A DNA stretch of 64,000 bases from the human T2T-CHM13v2.0 reference genome, Homo sapiens. The DNA lies in assembly GCF_009914755.1 (NCBI RefSeq), contig NC_060927.1; one strand, 5' to 3'. Below, piece by piece: positions 1-20,560 of the stretch; within the stretch, counting starts at the first letter, position 1; each line of letters begins with the position of its first letter. The notes beneath the pieces were generated by a model. The model did no database searches. It was given only the letters and a program-made list of their open reading frames with translations, and was not told the origin of the DNA. Position numbers and translations under genes: made by a program.

Positions 1-528
1 TGACAATAGACTCTACAAAAGCTGTGTCGACTGACAAGTGTGAACCAACCCCAGGAACCCTGAGCCCAGTCATGAATTCTACAAAGGCAGGATGGTTCTT
101 TCTCCTTCAGATTTTCTCTTTTAAAGCTCAAAAAGGTAACAGCTTTTCAGGCTCCTTTAAAGGGCTGAATTCCTTCACAAGAACTATCACTTCCCCTAGA
201 TCAGTGGGCAACTCATTCATCTTCTTCCAGGAAATTTCTAGATACATCATTTTCCTCTTCAAAGTAAAGGCAACAATCTAAATCTTAGATGGAATTTCCT
301 TTCATGCAGAGTAATTTTGGGCTTCTTGTTCTAAAGAAGGAAGGATGTACTGAGTATAAAACGAGGACTTTAAAAATTATATATACAGTATTTCCTTGAC
401 TATACTGCAAATGCATCTACTCACACAAGTCCAGTAAAGTACAAGCTAAAAGAATAAAGTCAGCTTAGCTGGTGACAAACAGGGGAACTATTGTCTAAAA
501 ATAATAAAATACTTTGATTTTCTTGTAG

Positions 529-664
529 GAATCAAGAAGAAAATTGAAGGTCTGATGGAAAGTGGTCCTTGGTTAGTGAAGTTGCATTAGGCAGATAATG
601 GCATAGATGGAAAAGGAAGAGAAGGAGAAAATGGTTTATTGGAATTCATTCAAACTTTAACATG
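529..664 (+). pseudogene. LRR pseudogene exon A (upstream exons lie outside the window); in-frame TAG at 588-590
   Basis: Acceptor ttgattttcttgtag|, donor ATG|gtaagt. Translates xIKKKIEGLMESGPWLVKLH*ADNGIDGKGREGENGLLEFIQTLT, matching LxxLxLxxNxI with the stop at the third conserved Leu. I recall an LRR pseudogene (possibly LRRC78P) near RNF7 but cannot verify the name. Confidence 0.8.
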
Positions 665-1253
665 GTAAGTAGCAAGTTAAGAGGCTTTATTTGTTCACCT
701 TTTAAAACTAAGTGCTTGAATTAAATCATGGGGATAATTATTTAACTGCACCTTTTTAGCAGTTTCCGATGAGGTTTTTCAGCTCTGAGAGCCAAGCAGT
801 GACCCATCTTGGTCTTGGTACCTAACGTGGCAAACAGTTGTGTGTGGACCATAAAGCAGTCTCAAAGACCTCACTAGAAGCCCCATTTTAAGAAGTTGGC
901 AACTGAGGAAAAACAGGAAGTATGACCTCCCAATTTTTCTTTCTTAAAGTCAGGATATAATGTAAAATGTAATCAATGTGACCTGAGGAAGAAGGGCGGC
1001 CTACTCAGGAGTGAACACTCTTTTGTGTTTGATTACAAAGTTGTCCCAGCCTCCTCAGGCAGAAGGACACAGCTATTCTCAAAAGCTTCTCAAAAACAGG
1101 ATATTTCCTTACCTTGTTTGTCTTGAGAATCTTAGGCATTTCCCTGTCCAGGCCTACTGAGTCCACATCCCCAGTGGGCCAAGTAGGATTTGCAGCTACT
1201 GTAGAAAAAGCTTGCTGGGTGGAAACGACTCCAAGATATATAGTTTCAGGTAG

Positions 1254-1654
<401 letters not shown>

Positions 1655-1689
1655 TACTTATTATTTTAGAAGAAAAATATTCCTTCTCT

Positions 1690-2057
1690 GTCTGGGCATG
1701 GTGGCTCACACCTGTAATCCCAGCACTTTGGGAGGCCGAGGTGGACAAATTACTTGAGGTCAGGAGTTTGAGACCAGCCTGCCCAACATGGTGAAACCGC
1801 ATCTCTACTAAAATACAAAACAATTAGCTGGGCATGGTGGCAGACACCTGTAATCCCAGCTACTCAGGAGGCTGAGACAGGAGAATCACTTGAACCCAGG
1901 AGGCAGAGGTTGCAGTGAGCCAAGATCGTGTGCACTCCAGCCTGGGCAACAGAATGAGACTTCATCATGAAAGAAAGAAAGGGAAGGGAAGGGAAGGAGA
2001 GGGGAGAGGAGAGGGGAGAGGAGGGGAGGGGAGGGGAGGGGAGGGGAAGGGAAGGGA
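1690..2057 (+). mobile_element. Alu (AluS-type) with tail expanded into a GA-rich (GGAGG/GGAAG)n repeat
   Basis: Alu consensus to about 1975, purine-only repeat about 1970-2057. Confidence 0.95.
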
Positions 2058-2199
2058 ATCTTCTCTAATATACTTATTCAGGAAGGCTGGGAAGATTTTC
2101 AACTTTAATAGCTTCTCTGCTTTTCTATAATAATCCTATTAATAACCTTCATTTCATTGCCCTTTTAACACAATGCTGATTTAATATATTGCTGATATA

Positions 2200-6752
<4,553 letters not shown>

Positions 6753-7483
6753 TGAAGTTTGTCCTCCTCACTTCCTGACCTCCTTCTGTGGACCCTCTGT
6801 TCTGCCTCACATCCCTGCTGTCCACTCATTTTGTCTGAAGACAGTGCACACAACCAGGCAGTTCAGGAAGCCAAGGCTGGTCAAATCCTGACTAGGCCGA
6901 CTGTTTCCTCAAGAGCAAGACCTTTGAGAGAGTCTGGCAGGACCATTCAGCTCTGGCCTTGCATTCCAGCTGCTGAATCAGTGGAAAATATATACAATGA
7001 GCGAGAAAGTAGACTCATATTCAATGTGGACCCTAACTGAAATTTCATACCTGCAGCCCATGGTAAGGGCTTGAAATTGCTTTATTGATAGTCATATAAC
7101 TTCTTTCAGAGCAGAGGCCATGTGTCAAACCTCTCTTAATCCCTGCAGTGCTAGGTACATAATATGCATGTAATAAGTATGCACTCAATATACCATCAGC
7201 GGCATTGCATTTGCAAAATGCTTTCACAGAAATGACTTCATTCTGTTTTCACTACAACCTTACGAAACAGACAGAACAGCCTTTTTCAGGCCAGTTTTAT
7301 AGATGAAGGAGGTGAGGGCACATAGCCTGCCGTCATCACATGATCTGACACGTGATTTGACAAGAGGTTGAAGCTGACCAGGAGTCCAGGCCTTTGCCCA
7401 GATTTCTTATTCACTCATGATGCCAGAGAGTCCCAAAGACCAGTCAGCAGTCCAGTGCAAGGCCTGCACTTTAAGAAATTTCC

Positions 7484-7628
7484 CGTGGTGGCACATGCCT
7501 GAATTCTAGCTACTTGGGAGGCTGAGGCACAAGAATTGCTTAAATTGGAAGATGGAGGTTGCAGTGAGCCAAGATTATGCCACTTCTCCCCAGCCTGGGT
7601 GACACAGCGAGACTCTGTCTCAAAAAAC
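7484..7628 (+). mobile_element. Alu right-monomer fragment
   Basis: gtggtggcacatgcctg...gagactctgtctcaaaaa. Confidence 0.85.
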
Positions 7629-8157
7629 ATTTTTTTTCAATAGTCCTCAAAGAAATTACAAACGTAATGACAGTACAGTTTACTTTTCATAAAACTAAAG
7701 TTATTTGATTTAAAGAGCTACCCTTTGTTTTCAGACTATGCCCTTACTAATTTGATGTAAAAATGTTTGCTCGTTTACGGTGTGGATAGTTGTTATTTCT
7801 TGACATACTAAAAATTGCCAAACCTTTGTCTGTCGCTCTAAACTTTTGGACATTTGCTGGTATGTAAAATCTAAACCAGGAAGTCCTGCATTACGTTATA
7901 TCATACCATATCTTTTGAGTAAATAAACGAATTAAGGATTTAAAGCAACCAAAAATCCTTATTCTACCAACTTACCTAGGAGAAGTATCCAAACTAGAGA
8001 GAGTAGATTGGTAAAAATTGGTTTCGGGGTGTCTTTGGTCTCACATTGGGCCAATGCATCATCTTGGGTTTGGGGTTGGGGGAGGGGTTTAAAAAGAGAG
8101 ATCATTCTCCAAAATAACTGGATTGAGGTTCTTTGAGTAACAATGCTTGACACGATG

Positions 8158-8159
<2 letters not shown>

Positions 8160-8201
<42 letters not shown>
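8160..8201. repeat. (TG)21 microsatellite abutting the exon B splice acceptor
   Basis: Direct count. Confidence 0.97.
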
Positions 8202-8202
<1 letters not shown>

Positions 8203-8216
8203 TTTTCTTTTGACAG

Positions 8217-8323
8217 CCTGATCAAATACTCTGCCTACTTAAGGGAAATTGACCTTGGAAACAATGTTCTGGGAGAAATGGCTGCTGCTAACATAATTGA
8301 AGCGCTGAGAGCCAGAAAGACAG
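8217..8323 (+). pseudogene. LRR pseudogene exon B (open frame)
   Basis: Acceptor ttttcttttgacag|, donor CAG|gtagag. The phase-2 start matches the end of exon A (TG+C). Translates (C)LIKYSAYLREIDLGNNVLGEMAAANIIEALRARKT, an RI-like LRR. Confidence 0.85.
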
Positions 8324-10229
8324 GTAGAGTGTTTTCAGATTATGTGTTTCCCCTCCACCTGCCCACAGCCACTCACTCCTAAACGCTGTACTACTCACAA
8401 CTTGCTCCGCTTTTTTCATTTAAGTAACTGGCCCGAACTATGCAATGACCAGGAACACTGTCACAGGCCAGCCATCATTGTGTCAATTTTCCCGGTGATT
8501 TGCACAGAGTTCAAGAATTTCTAGGATGTCATATGTAGCCTTCAATCTAAGTAATGCATGTTTTTAAAGGGAAATTTTCTCTATTGCTTTTTTTCTCTCT
8601 TGATCCTCTCATCCTTGCCTGTTCTCGAAGAAATGCTTCTCCCACTCTCCATTCTCCTCTCAGCCCAATCTGCAAAGAGGTCTCCAGATATCAATTGGAA
8701 AACTCAAGTAACACCCCCCCGTAAGATTTTGATGTGCTTTCTGGATCATCAAACGATGATTAAATTGTGATTGGCATAGGGAGAGCAGTAAGTCTTCTAT
8801 GATCCTGCAATCCTTTGAAAAGGAGAGAATCACATGTGGAAGGAGTTGGTTCCAATGGCCACTCCTGCCCTCTCCATCGCCAGCATGCATGACTGGAATT
8901 AATGACGGCTGCTTGCCCTGCTAATGCAGAGGAGGTGAAGAAATGTCATTTTAAATGAAGCTCAATGGAAGACTTCATAAACAGATTTGAAAATGCAAAT
9001 TCAACCTTAAGGAAAGTAGAAAGAACTCTTGGTATGTTACTGGGCAGGTCAAGCGGAGAGAATTAAGCAGTCCAAGCATCTGTCTCTACCATTTCCTCAG
9101 AATGGTCTTAGAGGCATAGCATAATCATAGATTGCATTTTTCTTTTAATGCTCTAGAGTTTTAGATAGAAGAATTATAATGATATTACTGTATATTGTAT
9201 TGACATTTTTAAAACTAAAACTCCTACATTTTTAACAGCCAATCAAGTGATTCCATGATGTTTAAGTTATCCCTTTATTTTAGAGAAACAGAATATCTAC
9301 TTTCTATTCCATTAGAGTTGAATTCAATTTCAGCAGAATTACTCTGTTAAATTTAGTTCAAATGTAGCTTTAAGCGTGATAAACTGAAGGCAGGTTAATG
9401 CTTTCATTTGTTTTTCCTGGCACCGTAGTAACTTTTTCATTGTACATTGAGGGAGAAGATGTTACAAGTCTGCAGGCAGTCTCATGACCATGACTATAGT
9501 GAATGCTAATGACAATCAGTCTCAGATGACTTGATGGAAAGTGATTATCTCTGAGTATGTATTTGGAGCTGGAAAACATCATGCTTTGCTTAGTAAATGT
9601 TTTAATTTGCATAAATGAGAAGATAATTATGAAATATCCACCTGAAAATACAAATACGCATTTAGAAGGCATTAAAAAGTAATTTATAGTTCAAGAAATC
9701 TTTTTTTCAAATATAGTAATATGTATCATGAGTAGCCTTAATGCATCCCTCTCTTGAGCTGAAATAATTATGGTGTTTCTGATGGAATACTTCAATTGGA
9801 TTGTTAGTTTGAACACCAAGAAGATTCCTCAAAACAGGGTTAACTGGTTGGGTTTTATAGGAAAAATCTCTTCCCATTCAGCCCTAATGGCATCATTTTA
9901 AACATTAAAAGCAATTAATAGTATTACTGATTATAGAACTAATGTTCTTCAATTGATTGTTTCTTAACATTTGCAAGTTAACAAGCTAATTTCTAATTCT
10001 AATTCTAATTCGTTCATGAAATCCAAATTAACAGCCTGAGGTCACTTACTTGGCTATCAAGGAGATCTTAATGACCTGCCTTTAATGATGGACGAGGCCC
10101 AGTGAAATCTTCCTCAGAAACATTAGCAAGCTCATTTCATTAAAAAAAAAAATAGCTAGTGAAACAATAAGCTGTTATCCTGTCTTACTGCTTTTTCACT
10201 AATAAGAAAACAGAGTACTGAAGGAACAT

Positions 10230-10865
10230 TTCATTTATTCATTCTTATTTCTTTCAATATATATTTGTTAAATGCCTATCATGTACCAGGCCCTGTTCTG
10301 GGCCTGGTAGGAGGAGAGTCATGAATTCCTGCCTTCATGAGGCATATATATGATTGTATATCTGATGGGGATCATACTTAGAGGAAAAATAAAGCAAATG
10401 AGGGGGTAAAGTGTGTGTCAGGGCATGGGGGTTGCCATCTTAGGGTAGCTAGGGAAGGCTTTGCTGAGAAGGGACACTTAAGTAAAGACCTAAAGTAGTG
10501 ATGGAGCAGGCCATGTGAATATCTGAGAGATGAGCATTCTGGCTAGAAGGAACAGCAAGTGCCAAGGCCTTAAGGTAGGAGCCTCCTGGTGTGTTCAGTA
10601 AAGCAGCCAGCATGGCTGAATGGAGTGAGCTAGAATGGGAGAGTCAGAGGACAAACAATTTGAGATGCAAGTATGCAGAGCAGAAAGCCTTCTAGACCCT
10701 TGTGAGGACTTTTGGGTGTAACTGTTGACAAGGAAAGGCTTTTGAGAATGATAAACCTAGAAGTAACCTGATGTAACCCACATTTTAACAGGATTGCTTC
10801 AGCTCTATGTTAAAAATAGACTATAGGGGAGGCAAGGGCAGAACAAGGATTCTAGTTAGGGAGTT
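10230..10865. mobile_element. L2 fragment
   Basis: tcatttattcatt..tatttgttaaatgcctatcatgtaccaggc L2-end motif and typical internal motifs. Confidence 0.65.
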
Positions 10866-10869
10866 TTCT

Positions 10870-13500
<2,631 letters not shown>

Positions 13501-13515
13501 GCAGAAGAGAACTTG

Positions 13516-13865
13516 GGGCCACGTGCAGTGGCCTACACCTGTAATCCCAGCACTTTGGGAGGCCAAGGTGGGAGGATCACTTGAGCCCAGGAGTTCGATA
13601 CCAGCCTGGGCAACCTAGGGAGACCCCATCTCTACAAGAAGAAGAACAAGAGGAAGAGGAAGAAGAAGAAGAAGAAGAAGAAGAAGAAGAAGAAGAGAGG
13701 GAGGGGGAGGGGAGGGGAGGGGGAGGGGGAAAGAAGGAAGGAAGGAAAGAGAAGAGAGAATGAGAGAGAGAAAGAAAGGAAGGAGGGAGGGAAGGAAGGA
13801 AAGAAGAAGAAAGAAAGAAAAAAAAGAAAGAAAAGAAAAGAGAAAAGAAAAGAAAAGAAAGAAAA
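13516..13865 (+). repeat. FLAM/Alu left monomer followed by an approximately 230-bp polypurine tract including (GAA)12
   Basis: Monomer 13516-13636; GAA x12 at 13659-13694, then GGGAG, GAAG and GAAAA repeats. Confidence 0.9.
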
Positions 13866-13868
13866 TAA

Positions 13869-14121
<253 letters not shown>

Positions 14122-14578
14122 AAAAATATTTTTAAAGAGAGAATTGAAAAGTGCCTAGCTTTCTCACCATGTAATTTGTTGTTATATAACTCCAGGTCAA
14201 TACCTAATGCTGGCTTAAATCATCTTAGTTTCCTCAAAAGAAGAGGAAGTCTCAAACACTTGGGATATGCTTCATTGAAGAATGAGTAGAATTTTATAAG
14301 TGGAAAATAAGTAGAAAGGATGACCGAAAGTGTGGCATCCAGGAAACATAACAGTCTTTTGTGAGCTTAGGCGACACATGAATCCTCTGAGGTCTCAGCT
14401 GGTCTCCATTCCACACTCCTGGCCCCATTTCAAATGGTCTGTAGCATATGAAACACCTCACAGCCTGCGCCGTGCATCCCACACTCCCTCCTTGCCTCAG
14501 TGGTCAAGACTTTGACCTTTGTTTTCCTACTGAAGACTTTGCCTTCCCCTGCTTTGGACCTGTCCTCTATATTTCTAA

Positions 14579-15201
<623 letters not shown>

Positions 15202-16507
15202 TGACATTCTAAACCACATTGTCTTACACCTCCAGGTTCCTTTCCATATTCATCCACCTTGCCTTCCACTGCTCTTTCCTGTGCCCAGCCTGATTTGACC
15301 TCATACTTGTACAAGCATTTTCATACTTCAACCTCAATTTACCCTCTGGAGCTGAAATTCAGTACTATTTTCTAAAGTTCTTGTTTTTCCTCTCAACTGT
15401 ATTTCTTGTTTTCCCTTCTGCTTTTGGCCTCTCCCTGGAGAAGCCTGGCCTCCAGAAACTGTAGTGTTAGGCACCTCCGGCCTTATAAGCAGGACCTAGC
15501 TGTATGGCTAAATGAGAAGCAGGAAGGAGGAGAAGGGAGAGTTCCATGGGAAAGAATATGGAGGAGGGGTTGACACAGGCTCTGTAATAACACATTAGGG
15601 ATTTGAGTCTTTATTTTATAGGAAAATCAGTGAGAACTCTGGGTTTCAAGTGATACAAAACCGATTCAAACTGACTTAAGTACAAAAGCAAATCTGTTGA
15701 CTCCTGTAAGTCCAGGGTGGTTCTAGCTTAAAGTCCAGCTGAAATCAAGGGTTCACATAACGCCGCCCACCTCCATCTCCTGGGAGTTCTGCTGCTGTGT
15801 TGACTTTACTCTCAGGCAGGCTCTTTCCCACATGGGGGCAAGTTGAGCAGCATTAGCCAGAGGGTTACATTCTGCCTGGTTAATAATCTCAAGAAGGAGC
15901 TCTTCTTTGGACTTTCACTGGAGGACCATGAGTCACATGCACACCTGTTAACCAATCACTGTGCCAGGGAGATGAAATACACTAGACATCCCTGGGCTAC
16001 GTGCATACCCTGGAGGGCAGGGGAGTGGAACCCTAAAACAAACTCAAAGTGCTGTTGCAGAAAGAAGCTGAAATGGAAGCTGGGTAGGCGGAAACAAGAG
16101 ATGTCTACTAAAGAAAGAGGGCCAGTAATGGTATTAGAGCTGGTAATGAGAAGATCAGAATGTTGCTTTCAGATGATTAATCTGGAAGCAGGGTCCAGGA
16201 TGGGCTTGGGGTTGGGGAAGTTTGGGATTAGGAAAACTGGTTAGGAGGCTACTCTATCATCCAGGTAAAAGACATGACAGTGAGAATGGGAAAGACAGGA
16301 CAAGTGTAAGAAGTTACTTCAGAGGTAAATTAATTGTCAGCATCACTCGCACCAAGAAGGTATAAGGAAGAGGTATGAGGTCAGAGGAAAGTCACTCGGC
16401 TAATAAGAATGTGGGAGAATGCCTGTCTCAGAAGCCTAAGACCCACTCCCTCTAATGTAGTTGTGAGATATCCTACCTATTTATGATTATGTTCTTTCCC
16501 CGTGCAG

Positions 16508-16620
16508 GTAAACTACCGGTCTTAAAAATTACAGTCACTCCCCAGATCTCTTCAGATACCTTCAGATCAATTTGGAAAAATAGCAAGAAGTCTAACACTA
16601 TGCATAAAAAGAAGAAAAAG
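16508..16620 (+). pseudogene. LRR pseudogene exon C (open frame, lysine-rich C-terminal region)
   Basis: Acceptor ttctttccccgtgcag|, donor AAG|gtaagt. The phase-1 start matches the end of exon B (G+GT). Translates (G)KLPVLKITVTPQISSDTFRSIWKNSKKSNTMHKKKKK. Confidence 0.75.
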
Positions 16621-17072
16621 GTAAGTTATTGGACGTCTGTGTCAGTGAGGAGCAGCCACCAGGGAGTGCTGTGTGGAGCCTGGGCCCTTGGGGCAGACAC
16701 CACCATCAGCTGCAGGTTTTGCATTTGATTATATGAGAATTTAGGTTCTAGGTCACGCTCCCCTAAACCATCATTCCAATCTGATGGATGATGATTGAAC
16801 CAAGAGACAAGTAAGTAAGAGAACAACAGTTTCCTCAAAGATTGGCACAGACTGGGCCTCCCCTCTTTAATTCCCACCCCTACCCAAATCCTAGTTGCTG
16901 CTAGCCTATTGTGGATCTGAAAAGATAAATTTACTTTTAAATTTACCTAAACTCTTTATGAAGGCTGTGCTACCTCTTAGGAGGTAATGCTTTATATATG
17001 TTTATTCTCTACTGTAAGAAGTTGAACTCCCTTTTTTCTATAATTTATGATTGCCTGTTTATTATTTCACAG

Positions 17073-17084
17073 ACTAAAAACTGA
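17073..17084 (+). pseudogene. Probable terminal coding exon of the LRR pseudogene (TKN-stop)
   Basis: Acceptor tttattatttcacag| 452 nt after exon C; phase 0 gives ACT AAA AAC TGA. Too short to prove from sequence alone. Confidence 0.45.
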
Positions 17085-17501
17085 ATATAGGTGCTATATT
17101 TCCATATGGATGTCATCTATTTCCATGGCCAAGCAGATACGCCCGGATAGATATTGCTTATTCTATAGTAATATTTTTCACTGTAACCAAGTCCCTTTGA
17201 AGTTCTCAAATTTGATGATTATTGTATGAAAGTTTAAAGTCATGTGATAATCCTGTCTTGTGATGATCCCATCACACTTGTCATTTTCTAAAATGTGGGT
17301 TTCACAAGTAGGCCTTAGTAAAAAAAGACGCAATTCTCTGAGGCTTCATCTCTCCTGCATATGAAATTTATAAGTTGAAGGAAATCATACTTTTATCTAA
17401 AAAAGAAAGAATCCTCTTTCATAAATATACCTATAGTTGGGAACAATAAGAATGCTTGGAAATAATAACCACTTCCTAAAAGACACCATCCCTAAAAATG
17501 A

Positions 17502-17819
<318 letters not shown>

Positions 17820-18101
17820 AAATGAGGAAACTTTTAATTCCTCTGCCCCACCCTGAAGATGCCACATAGCCCCGTGAGAAATGGAAGAGGTGTGGTTGAT
17901 TGATATACAGATGACAGTGGGTGAGTTGAGTTTTATATGCCACAACAATTATGGTGCAGGATGAAGAGCATGGCCTAGGCAGTTAGATGAACCAGAAGTC
18001 TCTATGGAGGAACTGCCGCTTTCCAGGTACTGAGCCTGGGCAAGTCAGTTCACCTCATGCTCCTCAGTTTCCTCTTATGTAAGACATAGTTAAGAGTAGC
18101 A

Positions 18102-18401
18102 GGGCTGGGTGCAATGGCTCATGCCTGTAATCCCAGCAATTTGGGAGGCTGAGACAAAAGGATCGCTTGAAGCCAGGACTTCAAGACCAGCCTGAGCAAC
18201 ATAGTGAGACCCCCTATCTCTACAAAAAATTTAAAAATTAGCCAGCTGTGGTGGCATGTGCCCGTAGGCCTCGCTATTTGAGAGGCTGAGGCAGGAGGAT
18301 TGCTTAAGCCCAGGAGGATAACACTTCAGTGAGCTATAATTGCACCACTGCACTCCAGTCTGGGTGAGGAAGTGAGACCCTATCTCAAAAAAAAAAAAAA
18401 A
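18102..18401 (+). mobile_element. AluJ inserted in a MIR
   Basis: TSD aagagtagc; MIR motifs (gggcaagtca..cctcagtttcctc) on the flanks. Confidence 0.92.
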
Positions 18402-18802
18402 AGAGTAGCGCCTATCTCAATTGGTGAGCATTGAATGAGACCACACATGTCAAGCATTTTAGAACAATGAGAACAATGCCTTGTTCATATTATACACTCA
18501 AAAATAAATATGAGTGGCTCTTATTATTGCTGCTGTTATTGTGGATGTTAGAATTGAGTGGTGCCAGTTATTTCATCTATGACAACCACACAAGAAACAT
18601 AGGAAAGAAATGAAAAAAAGAAGACTGAAGACCTCTTCACTTTGAAGTAAAAATAAAAAACGAAAACTTCATTCATTCTATCTACAAATTTAACAAGTGC
18701 TAGCAAGTTTCTGGAATCAAACTAACTGTAGGGTAAGAATGGTATAGTAAATTAGCTCCACTCTCCAGGGTCTTAGGATCTAGCTAAGAAGACAAGATCT
18801 TC

Positions 18803-19104
18803 GGCCAGGCACGGTGGCTCACGCCTGTAATCCCAGCATTTTGGGAGGCCGAGGCGGGTGGATCACCTGAGGTCAAGAGTTCAACACCATCCTGGCCAAC
18901 ATGGTGAATCCCTGTCCCTACTAATAATACAAAAATTAGCCAGGCGTGGTGGCACATGCCTGTAATACCAGCTACTCGGGAGGCTTAGGCAGGAGAATCA
19001 CTTGAACCCGGGAGGCGGAAGTTGCAGTGAGCTGAGATCACGCCATTGCACTCCAGCCTGGGTGACTATAGCAAAACTCCGTCTCCAAAAAAAAAAAAAA
19101 AAAA
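18803..19104 (+). mobile_element. Alu (AluS-type)
   Basis: TSD aagacaagat(c/t)ttc. Confidence 0.95.
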
Positions 19105-19288
19105 GACAAGATTTTCTTGCATTAAAAGTGAACAACAATAAAGTATATGACTTGGAAAAATATGTGTCATTAAGCAGGATAAGAAAGGCCATAGAGTAAC
19201 AAGATCAATGTAACAAATTTACCAGAACTGATGTATCCAATATGTGAGAGCTCCTGAGAACTGTTCCTGCTTAAAAGAAATGAAAATA

Positions 19289-19598
<310 letters not shown>

Positions 19599-19599
19599 T

Positions 19600-20560
19600 C
19601 AAAAAGACCTTTTTTGAAATTTGCCACACGTATCCACTGGGTAGGAGTGTAAAATCAGAATACCCCTTTAGCGGGTCTTTTGGCAGTGTTTATTAAAATG
19701 AAAAATACATAGCTTTTGACTCGGCCATTCTACTTTTAGAAATTTGTTTACTGTCACATGTGTGCAAGGAAATATGTATGAGGATGTTCACTGCAGCACT
19801 CTTTATTTTACGTGGGAAATAACTAAATTTTTCTCAAAGAGTTTCAGGGGAATAAATCACAGTAAATGTGTGTGGTAGAATACTATGCAGTCATTGAAAG
19901 AATAATGTGGATACATAAGTGCTTATATGGAAAAGTATCCAAGTAACACCATTTTTAAAAACAGGTGAGAGAATAGTATATGTGAAAAATTCATACAAAA
20001 ATGAATTGACATAGTATAATCCAGCAATTTCACTTGTGTGTATACATCTAAAAGAATTGAATGTAGCGTCATTAAGAGATATTTGAACACCATGTTCAAA
20101 GCAGCATCATTTACAATAAATCAAAGGTGGAAGTAACCCAAATGTCCATGGAGAGATGACTGGATAAATTAAATGTGATATATACATAAAATGGAATATT
20201 ACTCGGCCTTAAAAACGAAGGAAATTCTGACACATGCTACGACATGGATAAACCTTTAAGGATATTATGCTAAGTGAATAAGTCAGTCACAAAAAGACAA
20301 ATACTGCATGCCTCCACTTAGATACTTACAGTAGTCAAAATCAGAGACAGAAAGTAGAATGGTGGTTGGGAGTACGTGTGAGGAGGGAGTTATTGTTTAA
20401 TAGGTACAGAGTTTCAGTTTTGCAAGATGAAAAAGTTCTGGAGATTGTTTGCACAACACTGTGAACATACTAAACACTCCTGAACTGTACACTTAAAATG
20501 GTTAAGATGGTAAGTGTTACGCAAATTTTACCACAATTTAAAAAAATTTTAAATTGATGC
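19600..20560 (+). mobile_element. L1MB/L1ME 3' end fragments
   Basis: Typical L1M 3' motifs (aacccaaatgtccat, atggaatattactc, gtttcagttttgcaagatgaaaaagttctggagat). Confidence 0.8.
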
